A DNA stretch of 64,000 nucleotides from Ascidiella aspersa (Eukaryota). The notes beneath the pieces were generated by a model, which ran no database searches, had not been told where the DNA came from, and was given only the letters and a program-made list of their open reading frames with translations. Where the stretch lies: NCBI GenBank assembly GCA_963924565.1, contig OZ004613.1, positions 27,404,001-27,468,000 of the forward strand. The letters run 5' to 3'. Made by a program: the position numbers and the translations under genes. Shown here piece after piece: positions 12,501-25,058 of the stretch (positions are counted from its first letter, which is position 1; each line of letters begins with the position of its first letter).

Positions 12501-15500
12501 CACTTGTGATTTGTTGACAAAGACTTGACTTGGACTTACGTTATTTTACAAATGACTTGAATTAAGCTTAAGTTATTTCAAAATGCCTTCTTTACAACAC
12601 TGCTACACTCACCACATTTGTATCTGATGAGGAAACCAGAATAACGGTATGTCGTATCAGATTTAAAGTATAAAGTCAAATATTTTCCACTGCTGGAGTA
12701 GGGTGGCGGGATTATGTAACCACAATCCTTGCCCAAAAAAGTGGCGTCGCTACTTGAGCCGTCGTACACTGAGATGTAGTCGTTGCTATTCAAAATAAAC
12801 TTGCAGTTCAGCTTTACGAACAAAAAAGCTGTTTGGTAATTTTACGCCACACAACCTTCCAGAAAGCGTTGATGTCGTATATGGCAATATTTGAAGTGCA
12901 TATGATGTTTATTTGAGGTATTCTGACGATTCTCAGTTATTCCGGTTTTATATTCCAGTTTTGGACTAAGTGTAAAGCTTAACTAATCCCGTTTTATTTT
13001 AACAGTTTAAGAAAAACCCTTCCTTAGGTAGGGTTCAGTAATATAAGTAAATAGTTCGTACATGTCAACACATTCGGTGAGTCTGCGATGGCTTTCGGTG
13101 TACTAAAGTAAATGATATGGTACTGTGGATCCCCTTCAATGAGCTTGCTTGTACTCACAAATTGAGCAAGCATTGGCGTATGGTTGTTTCTCGACTCGTT
13201 CCCTTCTGAGCCTGCATAGCTCAGTTGGTAGAGCGACGGTCCCGGCTTGACCGGAGGTCGTGAGTTCGAACTCACTGCAGGCTAGTTGTTTTTCTACTTT
13301 GCCTTGCTTGCATCATAGATCAACACATTCGACGAGTCTGCGATGGCTTTCGGTGTACTAATGATACGAAAGCCGTAGTCGTTGGTCAAAAAGCAGCTTC
13401 GAAGGGCCAGACTTCAGCTATTAACACACATATGTGAATGTTTCATTAAATAAATCATATGGTACTGTGGATCCCCTTCAATCTGGTTGCTCAGTTATCC
13501 CGGTTTTATATTCCAGTTTTGGACTAAGTGTAAAGCTTAACTAATCCCATTTTATTTTAACAGTTTAAGAAAAACCCTTTCTTAGGTAGGGTTCAGTAAT
13601 ATAAGTAAATAGTTCGTACATGTCAACAGATTCGGTTTTGTATTTCCAGTCCCGGTTTTATATTCCAGTTTTGGACTTCAGTAATATAAGTAAATAGTTC
13701 GTACACGATCTTTCTTTCTTTATGTATATTTCGTTTAATATTTTCGTCTAATCATATTGTCATTCAATTTTTTATAAAACTATATACTGAAAGCTTTAGG
13801 GCCAGCAAAGCTATCCCTAACGTTTAGGGTTAACTTACTCGCAATACCGTGATTGTCTAATGTCCAAAACTGCAAAGTTGATTTCTATGTGACCGGCTGT
13901 AGTAGCGAGTTTGTAGGTGCACTCCGAGTTTACCGGGAACGGGTTTGGGTAATTCGGTGAGTTTATGAAACCTTCGGATCCCGGAATTAGTTTAACATCG
14001 CGATCACAAGACGCTGTATGATACAAGTAAGTGTTAACAATTTATTATTTTACATAAAACGATTCTCAGCATGACTTGTATTTTTAGTTTATCAGAAATT
14101 AGGTTCAATGAATTTTCAACATACCAACTCGGTATCTGATGCTGAAGCCAGGAAATTGAAGTTGGACGTCAGATTTAAAGTAGATTGTCATATGCTTTCC
14201 ACTGCTGTAATACGATTGCATCAATTGTAAACCACAAAACTTTCGCATCGAATTGGCGTAAATGCTCGAACCGTCGTACACTGACACGTAGTCATTGCTA
14301 TACAAGATTAATATGGTCGTTAAATAACATCCTATTTTGTCTGATCAAAGTAACAACCAAAAACAATATGGTTTGTTATGGGGGTATTCATATTATGTTA
14401 CATCACAAAATTGACGAGAGTTTTCAGTATTTCGTATTTACGTGGACACGATGCTTTTTTGTGTTAGTTTTATTTTTGTGACTTTCGTAATTAAGCTTCC
14501 TTCAAACTAATTCTGTCAGGAATGGTTACTGTTGCATTTGTAGTTTCATGCACTAAATATAATTTAGTCTCAACCCTTTTTGAATTGAAATAGACAGAGG
14601 TATTTGTTGATCGGCATGAGTTGATACATACAAAACTTGTCAGGTTAAAATTGACAAATATTTTAAACGTTTTCCGTTTTTTGAATAGAGTTGGTGCAAA
14701 ATGCTCTAGGGCTATCACCCCTCTCGGTTTGCTACGGTATCTAAGATACTTACTTGCATTTGTAAGAATCCTCAAGGCTAAATGCTTCAAATGTGATTTC
14801 AATATGATCTGCCGTAGTGAAGAGTCTGTAGGTGCATCTGGAGTTTTTGGGGTACTGGTTCGGAAAATTGGTCGAGTTGATTAAACCTTTGGATCCTGAG
14901 TGTAGCTTAATCACGCGATTACAGGACGCTGTGTAACACAAAATAAAATGTATTACTCTATCGTGATTTTCATCCCTTGAAAGAAAGTCGATTTAGATTG
15001 CTACAGGTAAAGGTAAAACTTTTGTTTCATCGTCACCACATGAATCAACTTTCCTAAAGATCTAACTTAAACTGTAAAAACGTCTTAGTTTAGAAAATAT
15101 GGGAATTGATATTCCTGTTATTTTATTAGGTGTGAGTTGATTTATAACAGGCTGCGGGACATGCGGTCAAAGATGATAAAATATTTCTCGAAAAAGGGTG
15201 TACTTATAGTAAAAATATAGTAATGAAAATGGTAATCACTGTATTAAATAGCAAACCAAAATATTATATATGACCTATGCTGCTTCAATAGCATATAATA
15301 TGATTTACAGAATATACCTTGGGCATTGTAAAATGTTATGAATTTAAAGAGACGAAATAATTGTAAAGTCTCATTTTACAACGTGAAATTTATTCGATTT
15401 TATGTAAAAAAATTACAAAAAATACACGGATTAAAGTTTGCAATGTAGATAAACGTTGCCATTACATGAGATCCAAATTGTAAAATTTATCGTTGCCGAA

Positions 15501-15624
15501 TTGTGGACGTTACTATTATTTTGTTTAGAAGATTGTTATAGGCAATAAAAATAAAGATATAGGTGCTACCTTCACATTTCACAAGCAAAATTAGGAAAAT
15601 GGAAAGCAATAATTGATTTTCCAT
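9568..15624 (-). CDS. Predicted GPI-anchored protein with two CUB domains and an S/T-rich stalk, ~393 aa
   Basis: complement(join(9568..9731,10483..10629,11517..11636,12613..12785,13839..14013,14125..14297,14754..14928,15570..15624)). Signal MENQLLLSIFLILLVKCEG. CUB motifs INSPNYPNPFP..CTY..C.NDYISVYDG..CG..YFKSD..GF.IRY. Two homologous stalk exons (STKLDRTTP/STKLDQTIP). C-terminus NNAIGTLDQTEFQICKVLLILLSLFLLVNN* looks like a GPI signal. The stalk exons are less certain than the CUB exons. Confidence 0.8.
10746..11188. mobile_element. hAT-like MITE of the AAGTC/GACTT-repeat family
   Basis: CAGTGTTGTAA...TTACAACACG termini; many aagtc repeats; TSD catattgt/catattgg. Confidence 0.8.
12177..12602. 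mobile_element. AAGTC/GACTT-family hAT-like MITE (opposite orientation)
   Basis: CAGTGTTGTAA...TTACAACACTG; degenerate TSD ctagactt/ctacactc. Confidence 0.8.
12932..13710 (+). repeat. Nested direct repeats around a SINE in a CUB gene intron
   Basis: ~145-bp block at 12932-13078 recurs at ~13491-13635 with further partial copies; inner ~40-bp and ~26-bp blocks are also duplicated. Confidence 0.75.
13210..13283 (+). mobile_element. tRNA-derived SINE or tRNA-like element
   Basis: A-box TAGCTCAGTTGG, B-box GAGTTCGAACTC, acceptor stem GCCTGCA/TGCAGGC. Non-canonical anticodon loop and 6-nt T-loop. Diverged minus-strand copies at ~32852-32918, ~45720-45780 and ~57972-58037. Confidence 0.75.
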
Positions 15625-17184
15625 CTTCTTTGATTCTTCAAATTTTATTTGAAACACTTGGACTTGAGATATTTAAGTTACAAAAATACACAATTTATAA
15701 ATATCTTTACGACATAAGTAACCCTGAAAATTCGCAACAACCATCAACGTGACGTCAGACACTGAGCTATCCTTGGAAAACTTTTTCAAACCTGAATACA
15801 TAGCACCTTCACGATAAAGCACTAAACCTTTAAATTACGCCACACACTCAAAGGCTTACAGTCCCCATGCGCTTTAAATCAATAAAATGTCTGCATTGTT
15901 TCACGAACAATCCAAACGATTTTTTTAAGTTTGTTTACCGTTTGTAGTTATTGTGGAACCGGTTTCACAACACACGTACAAGTTGACAAAGGTTTATATT
16001 GTTGACACAAAGGTTGGACTGATTTAAACCCGGCGTAAGCCAACACTTCTCGTTAAAACCCGGCAAAACCTTACCGTTCGATTTGGTATTGACCTAACTC
16101 TAATTCATATTTCCGCTTTATTGCATATAGTTAGGCTGTGATGTTGTGTCTGAGATTATTGTATTGTGTTGACTGGAACGCACAACTTCAAGAGTGTTTC
16201 TCAACCCACAGGTCGCGACCAAAAGTCGGGTCAACGTTTGATTTGTTTGAGTAGCCGAATGCAATAATTATATATGGTTATATATTTTAAGATCGGTCCA
16301 GAGCACGATTTCTGTTGTAATGCTGCGTTTGAGTCAACATAATGCGGTAAACTCATACATACTGTAACCTTACAGTCTAACGATATACAATAAAGCGGAA
16401 ATGTTAGGTAAAGTTGCGACAATAGCAAATTGAACGGTAAGGTTTTGCCGGGTTTCAACGAGAAGTGTTGCCTTACGCCGGGTTTAAATCAGTCCAACCT
16501 TTGTGTCCACAATATAAACCTTTGTCAACTTGTACGTGTGTTGTGAAACCGGTTCCACAATAACTACAAACGGTAAATAAAACTTAAAAAAAAATCGTTT
16601 GTTTGTTCCTGACACCATGTAAAGCTTTTATTAATTTAAATTGCATGGGGACTGTGAACCTTTGAGTGTGTGGCGTAATTTGAAGGTTTAGTGCTTTATC
16701 GTAAAGGTGCTATGCATTCAGGTTGGAAAAGTTTTCCAAGGATAGCTCAGTGTCTGACGTCACGTTGATGGTTGTAGCGAATTTTCAGGGTTACTTGTGT
16801 CGTAATAATATTTGTCAATCATATATTGTTGTAACTTAAAAGTCTAAATGTGTTTCATAGAAAATTTGAAGAACCAAAAAAGATGGAAAATCAATTATCA
16901 CTTTTAATTTTCCTAATGTTGCTGGTGAAATGTGAAGGTAGCATCTTTATTTTTCTTTTTATTGCTTATAACAATTTTTGTAAAAAAATAATTTGTAATG
17001 TCCACAATTGGGCAAACAAAAATAAATAGTAAATTTCACAATTAAGAACTAATTTATTGCTACGTTAATCCACATTGTGAACTTTAATCTGTTTTTTTGT
17101 TGTTGTTATTTGTTTAGATAAAAGACGAATATATAACACGTTGTGAAATGAGACTTTATACAATTATTTCGTCTCTTTGAATTC
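15340..17184. repeat. Large inverted repeat (arms ~15340-16140 and ~16372-17184, spacer ~230 bp)
   Basis: Arms align as reverse complements, best conserved in the central part; each arm holds a MENQL... leader exon and a TGACGTCA site. Confidence 0.92.
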
Positions 17185-17997
17185 ATTAATATATTATCAA
17201 CATAATGTACACCTTTTTCGGTAAAATGCATCATTTATATTGCTTTCATAGTTACAAATACATTGATGTAGAAAATGAATAAAGAGTTATTCGAAACGTT
17301 CAAAATGATACACTTCTGTATGGGCTTTGATATTCTTATTACGTGTTACTACAACCTCCAACCATTATGCTCCAAAATATTATGAAATGATTTTAAAATT
17401 GCACTATGTTGTTTTTAAAATTTGATACAGATTGCCCAGCCAAAAATACGTCTGTGCTAACCAGTGGAAAAACGTTGGCAGCTTCTACGCCCGAAGTGAA
17501 AAAAACTTATCGACCGAATCTGCGTGAGTTCGTTCTAAAATTAGATCCTAAACTATTGTTATGCCTTATTTGTTCAGCTAAAATAGCTGCCTGATCTCAA
17601 AAATAACATAAGAAAACCCTAAGTGGAAATATCTAAGTGTAAAGTAGTGTTAGAATATTGTGAAAATTCGTCAGATTTTATTTAATTTGGCTGTAGTTTT
17701 CGAGATATTGGACAAGAAAAAAGGTTTCGCGGGCCGCATGTTTGACCTTTTTACAATCAGTGTTAAATGAATTGGAATAGGCTTTAAGTCTTTTTTGCGT
17801 TATTTACTGTTTTAAAATGATGTAGATTCTCAACCAACACATACGAATGTTAAAACGACAGTAGCACTTCGACAGCATATACTTCGACAGCTGTAAACAA
17901 CGCATTAGGAACGTTTGACCAAACCACAACTACATTCAGCGACATTGGAAAAGCGGTACTTGCCTTTTTTGCGACCATTCTTCTCTTCGACAGTTAA
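16883..17997 (+). pseudogene. CUB-less mirror paralog of the CUB gene (signal + S/T exon + GPI-signal exon); frameshifted or a minimal GPI glycopeptide
   Basis: Exons 16883..16937 (MENQLSLLIFLMLLVKCEG), 17431..17523 (DCPAKNTSVLTSGKTLAASTPEVKK..) and 17826.. The acceptor at 17826 gives a stop at 17894-17896. AVNNALGTFDQTTTTFSDIGKAVLAFFATILLFDS* (ends 17997) is in another frame and is homologous to the GPI exon at 9568-9731. Confidence 0.6.
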
Positions 17998-18794
17998 AAT
18001 ATCCAAAGCCTCTTTACGGTCAGCACTAAACGCAATATACCTATGATCAAGTCTGTGATTGTGACTATCGATACCAATACAGTATGTAACTATTGTATAT
18101 TAAAATCAATCTAAGTGCTTGTAATGGTTTATGTTTCTATTCTTAACTCTGATTTCTATGATATTTACCTCGGCGAGTTTCTCCTTTCATTGTTGCCTCT
18201 CTCCTTAATTATCATTATGAGTCCCGCGTCTCCATTGCATTTTTTCTTTATTACGCTTAGTCAGTTTTAGCTGAGTTCTCTATTTGGGTGCGGTACTCCT
18301 TATATATATATTCGTCATGTATTTAACACAGTTTTGTTACAGCAGCTATGTTGTAACTTATTGAATAAAGCTAGTAAAACGAAGTAAACGTACTTGATGT
18401 CGTTTATTGTTAGTTACTTCAGTGCTCAAGTTTATGGAAACAACTCTTAACCTTAAAACTCCTCTGATTTTGATTTTGTGTTATTTTTTCACAGTCGAAT
18501 ACGAATTGCGAAATCGCAATGTGAATACATAATGCATTATTCCTGTTTGGAGTATGTTTACTTCATTTACCGTAAGTGCAGGTATTAATTCGTCAAGTGG
18601 CCCAAACATTTTACCATGTTTATTGCAAACTCTCACGACCTTTTATGTTGTAATAATAAATATGTTTATATTAAACTTCATATTTTGAACATCAGTGGGC
18701 AACCCATCGCTTCTGTGCCTGGCCATTTGACTCGAAAAAAGCGAGATCATTTAGGAAAACTGAAAGTGACACCTTGTTTACATGATGGAAATTC

Positions 18795-18950
18795 GTTGTA
18801 CAGTAAAACTCTGAGGAAAAATTCAATCACTTGGGACAACTCTAAATCATTAAAAGACTACTTGATCTAACAATAATCTTTTGAAAAGTATTATATATAA
18901 AAGACCAATAATATAATCTATAAAAAACTACCAAAAAAGTATCCTGGATG
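18795..18950 (+). pseudogene. Possible decayed cytochrome c fragment
   Basis: YSKTLRKNSITWDNSKSLKDYL, then PKKYPG ~60 bp later, resembles the cytochrome c C-terminal half; no CxxCH found. Confidence 0.3.
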
Positions 18951-20633
18951 TGTAGACTACTGTGTATGTTTATGTAAGGTTATGTGACAATAAGGCTTAA
19001 AATGATCCGGCAGTTTATATCGTATAATTTTAAAACTATTTAAACGATGCTTGCAACCTAAGGGTTAAATTTTATTAAAGAATATTAATTTTTGACTAGT
19101 TTTCTATCTCTATTTGAGGGGGGACATAAACACATTTTCAGAGACGACGTGACGTCACAAAGTTACATCTAAACGTGACGTCATAAAGAAGTTATCTTAA
19201 TAACACCACACATTTCGATATTTTGTTATAGTTTTTAGTTTGGAGAGGGTTACTTTTAATCTAAATCCTATGTTACAAATATGTTATCAATTTACAAAAA
19301 GCAATAAACGCAAGCTAGAAATAAATGATATTTCGGTTGAATAGACGCCTTAAAGTTTATGTTTGTGTGTAGTTTATATTGAATTTTTATTTACAAACTT
19401 TACAAGTGCATTGTTTCCTTTTTGTTTTCATTAGAATATTTTTGCAAGCAGCTAGTTTTTTCTATACATAACTAACAACTTTAATGTAAAATAAATTTTA
19501 AGTTCACAAGAAGCAATAACGTATAATCGCTTCTCGCAAAACCTTTATGAAAGTGCATACAACCTACTTTCCACACATGTTTAATATTCATTGACGTCTA
19601 ACTGCAACATTCAGCCAATATGTTAAGTTTATTTCAAACTTACAACAATATATGTGACACGAACAAGCCTTTATTAAAGGCTGACCGTTGGTTGTGACAA
19701 GTTGCATTAAAATTAGTTCGAGAGCTTGTCGACGAAATCAGTGATGCTAGTTGCTGTGAACGCTGACTAAGCAATTGGAGAATCTATTAAAAAAGAAAAA
19801 AACACATTTCAAGTAAACTGATATTGTGACTTGGAATACACTTAGTGAATTAGATTGTGATTTATTATAGTTGTAATAACATCTTAAAGTTGTACATTTT
19901 CACTGACACAAAATTCGAAAAAAACCTTTTCAAAAGTAAAATATTTAAAGCACAATGTTTGGAGGTTGTAGTAAGACGTAGTAAACTACCGCAGCCAATA
20001 CAGAAGTAGGTATGATTTTTAAGTTCGAATATTTTTTTAATGAATAAAGAGTTATTCAAAACGTTCAAATTGATACCCATACTTTCGTATGGGATTTAAA
20101 ATTAAAAACATTTTTCATAAAACAATAAAAATGTATTATTAATATGCAATTGTCCATGTCAGCTGCCCAATTTAGTAAAATTACAATTAACGAATTAACA
20201 AGTTAATAAACAAGTGTGTTAGGTAGCTCTCGACTGTCACATGAACACGCGTGAATCGTGAAGTATTTTGCACCAACTGCACTCGCGCATACAATGGACG
20301 CATCGTAAGTTCACTTAATTAACCCGGGAATTTCGCGCTTTTCACTTTGAAATTTAATGGAATTCTGGCCTACGGGGCCAACTAGCGCCAATATAAAGCT
20401 TGCATTTTCTGTGTGTGGAGCAGTCGGCATCAGCACCAACTCAGTGAACTTCTACAACGCTGCAGAAACCAAACATAAAAGAGGAGAAAAATGAAACCAG
20501 ACGAAAAATCTAGACCTCAAACTTTGACGTTTCATTGTAACCAGGTTTGTGAATATATTAGATTTAATGTGATGAACCCTAATTTCGTTATAACTTAATA
20601 ATCGTTTAAACTTTAAACGGTACATTAAATGGC

Positions 20634-20960
20634 AGTGTTGTAATGACTTAAGTCAATGACTTTGTTTAAGTGCACTTAAGCCATTTTTGCAAATGACTCG
20701 ACTTGATTTAAGTTACAATGAAGGGTTTTCAGTATTTTTTTTTGAATTGAGTAACTTATCCTAATTTTTAAACATAAAACAATTTGCTTGTTATAAGGTT
20801 TTTTTATTCTTTTGTTCAGTTATTGCTCATTATCGTACGAGTTTAAATAAATTCTAATAATTTGGCGTTAAGGGCGTGGCTTGAAGTTGACTTGCTCTAA
20901 ATGTGATTTGACTGTAATTGACTTATTATTTGATTTCAAACGTTGATGATTTTCATGACT
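20634..20960. mobile_element. Partial AAGTC/GACTT-family MITE
   Basis: Begins CAGTGTTGTAATGACTTAAG and matches 28262-28640; right end truncated. Confidence 0.65.
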
Positions 20961-21271
20961 TTTAACTACGATATATAGAAAGTTATATACAACACAATTT
21001 TTGTAGTGTCTAACACACTGCGAAATTGGCGTTGTAGTGTTATAACAAAAGATGGAGTCATCATAATTAATCGAATCTATTTAAAACAAATACTTACCTA
21101 AACGAAGTATTCCTAATATTACGCAAACTCTTTTTGAAGGTAGGAAGCACTACAACGCAATACATACGTGCAATGTATTGTGCTTTCTTGAAACAATCAT
21201 CATCACTGAATGCCTTGTCGTGCATAGGACCCAAGTCGCAGTTTAACCGCACATAAAAATGCACAACCTAC

Positions 21272-23242
21272 CTGAAACTACGAATGCATTCCAGTACCAA
21301 ACGTAATCTACGCTGGTAATACCGTTCCTCGTTCCTCCAGGGAAACCGTCTTGTCCACCGTTCTTTTTGACAAAAACTTGTCCTCCGGTATCTAAAAATA
21401 GGTAAGTTCCTGATTTATTTAAATACAAAAAAAACTTTTTAAACATGCGTAATAAATAGATTGGCGCACACCTGACCAATGGCTTGACTGGAGTGCTAAG
21501 TCACTGTTTTTTAATGACTTTACTTGAGTTAAGTCGTTTCGGTAAAATTGTCTTAAATTTGTGGCATTTAGTCAACTTTTAAAGGTTTTCATTTAACACT
21601 TTGTAGTAAAACGGATTCATTTATTTCAATATTTGTAAGTAAATCATTTAAGATTGCGACAGTTTAAAAAAATTATTTATTGCTCAAAATCGGACGAGAT
21701 TACCAATTTTCATATTAGTATATTATTTTGGGTGTGTGCTGTATCGACCCTGTAATAAAAGGGCAAGCTTTAAACAAACTTCAACTTTCCGGAAATAATG
21801 AAAGATATACACACATACACGTGTTCAACAACTGTGATCTAGCCATCTATCTGAAGCTGAATTTTTGACCAACGATTACGGCTTAGTTATCATTAGTATA
21901 CCGAAATCCATCGCTTGCATCATTGGTCGACAGATTCGGTGAGTCTGCGACGCCTTTCGCTCTACTTTCGAATATAATGTTGAAAAAGGGATAACAAATT
22001 CGGTTACCTGTTATGACTCCAGCATGGATAGCCGCTCTGCAAATGGATGAGTCGATGGTGTAAATATCAATTCCCCAAACCAAATAATTAACCTCGTTTT
22101 GGCATCCGGCTGGACAGTCAATGCTAAATTTCTGGGCACTTTCGGAATTTGCCATTTTTGCGCAAACACCTGAGAAACGAAAGTTTTCATAATAGTTATA
22201 ACAGTGGATTTATAGAATTAAACTATTTAGAATACCTCTTCTATATCCAATGAAATAAAAAACATACTTTTCGGTTTTATCGTGATTTGTATAAAGCAAA
22301 ATCGATTTATTGCCGAAGTGAAATTGGAGTAAAAATGCCACGCATCTCCATCCAAAGCACATTAGGATAACTAAATCGCATTTATTTCAGCGAAAAAACA
22401 CATAACCTTACTCAGAAACTTCACCATTATATTTTTAGCTGTTGACATCTCTTAGATATGTTTATAGCGCTTAAGACAGCATACGTGACGAGCATCACGT
22501 TTCCAGTTTCATTTGCTGTCTCGAGGGACAAATGGCCGTAAATGTTAGACTGTCGGTATTCTAACCACATGTCGACTTAAGTCTTTTGAGCAAAGGACTT
22601 CACTTTGATTAATTATATCGTACATCTAAAAGCCTAGTTCGAATTTAACTGTGTTTTTTTCAACATTTTGTTAGAAAGCTAAGATTGTTTAACGATCAGT
22701 TTGTTACAATTGTTTTTTTTCTTCTAATTTTTTAGGTGTCGTATCATTTCAAAATGACTTAGTTACAGCATTGCTTGTCATTATTGTAAATAATGTTTTA
22801 ATTGCTCAATAATTTGACTTGTTTTTTCCAACGTACTATCCGCAGTGTCTTAATTGTATATTCCAACTAACTTTTTTCTATAACAATTTGTAGGGATAGT
22901 TTTCTTCCCTAAGCAGTATTGCTTTTGAGATGATTAGTATCGCGCTAACTACAAAAATCACTTGAATTGCATTACAGGAATTAAACTAATTATATATTAA
23001 CTAAAGTAATGTCCCCAGCTACAGATAAATGAGTTTCGAACGTTAATTCTATTTGCTATCGATCATGGCGTTCAGTTTTAGGTTTGGCAAAGCCTATCAT
23101 GCTGATGTACTATAAGACTTGTGTTAAAACAGTAAACTTATCTTAAATGTTTTTACCAACCATGCCACTTACTTGCACCCGATGCCATCCTGAGAAAAAA
23201 CATCCCAACAAACAACAACAAAAGTTGTTTTGAAATACTCAT
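21272..23242 (-). CDS. Divergent LCCL-domain protein, 3' exon(s) unresolved
   Basis: complement(join(21272..21391,22008..22169,23173..23242)). Signal [72 protein letters not shown]. Same exon phases as the other LCCL genes; no TM/tail exon found downstream. Confidence 0.8.
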
Positions 23243-25058
23243 TGCGCAATTAATACAACAGTCTTTTAAAATAGCAAACAACAAATAGTTTGAATTCTTT
23301 AAATTAAATATCCAATTGCCAACTCGATGCAACGTACAAAGCTCCTCAAGCTATTAGACACACACGCAGTGCAGAAAATGGGCCGTGAATGGTTTGCTCG
23401 TTATAATGCACGAGGAGTTGAAAAAAGTCAAGGGTCTCGGGAGACTAGCGATAGAGTTGCGCACGCATTCGCCTACGTGATTTTATGCAGGTCTACAAAA
23501 GTAACGCGGAAGGTGGATAGTTTCACTCTGGAAAGTAATACTCATCGTTGTAAAAATTATTTAGATATCACTTAATTCTCAGGAAGTCTTTTGTAAAAAA
23601 ACTAAATCTAGGTCGACAACTTAAGTCAAAGACGAGTCTTTTTGAATAAATAGCAAGTCAAGTTCCAGTCAAGGCGTGATTGAACAAGTCAATTCCAATG
23701 AATTCCGTGTCATAAAAATGTAAACTTTAAACTAATAAAATCGGCAAACTAGTCCGGTTCTGAGAAATAAGTCAAAAAATATCACGAAATGAAACATATA
23801 GCTACCAGACTGTTTCATGTACAAAACTTAAAATAAATTACTCATTTTTATAAAACAAATATAATGAAAGCACTTCCAAGTCATTTGTCCAACGACTTAA
23901 TATATTTCGTCTAACAAGTTAGACCACCAATGTGGCTATTATATACCGCAACGCAATTGCAACTGCAAAAATCGTTTTGTCGGTATACCTTTCTGCCCAT
24001 ATAATATTTTTATTTTTGGTGCTATAAATTAAAAACTTTACTGTTACGCAAGTGCACACACGATTTCTAAAAATAAGTATAGGTTCGTTTCACAGCCTAG
24101 CCATAAAGTGGTAACATTTTTTTCTACAGGAAAAACGTTTTTTTCCTCATTACAACTTGGTGTCCAGCGGTTACTTGGAAGTAACGCAAAACAATGTTTA
24201 CTTACAAAGCTCAAAATGTTTTTCATATTTGAATCTCATATTCAACCGTAGTAAAACAAAACATAATATCATGCTTATTTGATATATTATTTCACAGGTT
24301 TCGTATTTTTATGGCTACCGACTATTTTTGTCATGCTAAAGTCTTTTTATTGCATTTTGTCAAGTTTAAATACCCATGGGGCATGTAGTACTCAAATGTT
24401 AAATGTCGGCATATTGAAAACAATTCTTTGTGTGTGCGATCAAAGATATGTGCTGACCACTTATGTTTGCTGACATTAAAAATACTCGTGAGAACAGATT
24501 ACCTTTTTATCAGTGAACACGCACACTCGCACAGTAACAAATTTCGCGATAAAGTGCGTTTTATTGGAGTTTATACTTGATGCTTGGCTACAGTAGATGC
24601 TTTAAGTTGTAATTAATTGTTAACGATAGTGCGACCTTACTGCCAGCCTCACTGAATGTAATAAAGTATGTATAGTCTCAGTACGTATATAATTTTGTTT
24701 ACCAAACAAATACAATTATCTAAAACCGCAGAAATACGTGGGGCTACTACTAATAAATCACTTAAGCGTGAAAATTAAGTGTGGGTATCTTTATCAGATG
24801 TTAAAATAAATGTTTTCATAACAGTTGCTCACCGTTGTTTTCATAACAGTTGCTCACCGGAAGTATATGTCGCTAAGAATTATTGTTTTAGAAAATGGCT
24901 TATTGTGTTTTCTATTTTGTCGGAAAATTAGCTTCCATCACAGGAGTTGGGCGACAAATAAGTTTTTTTTCCATTAAATATTTTATAAAGCTAAAATAAG
25001 TTGTTTTGGTTATTCAATTTGTTTTTCATGTCGTTCATCTGTTCTTCGGTAGAAACAA

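Noticed and set aside
13210-13283. Functional tRNA gene
   Set aside because: The anticodon loop lacks U33 and a purine at 37, the T-loop is 6 nt, and decayed dispersed copies exist, so it is more likely SINE-derived.
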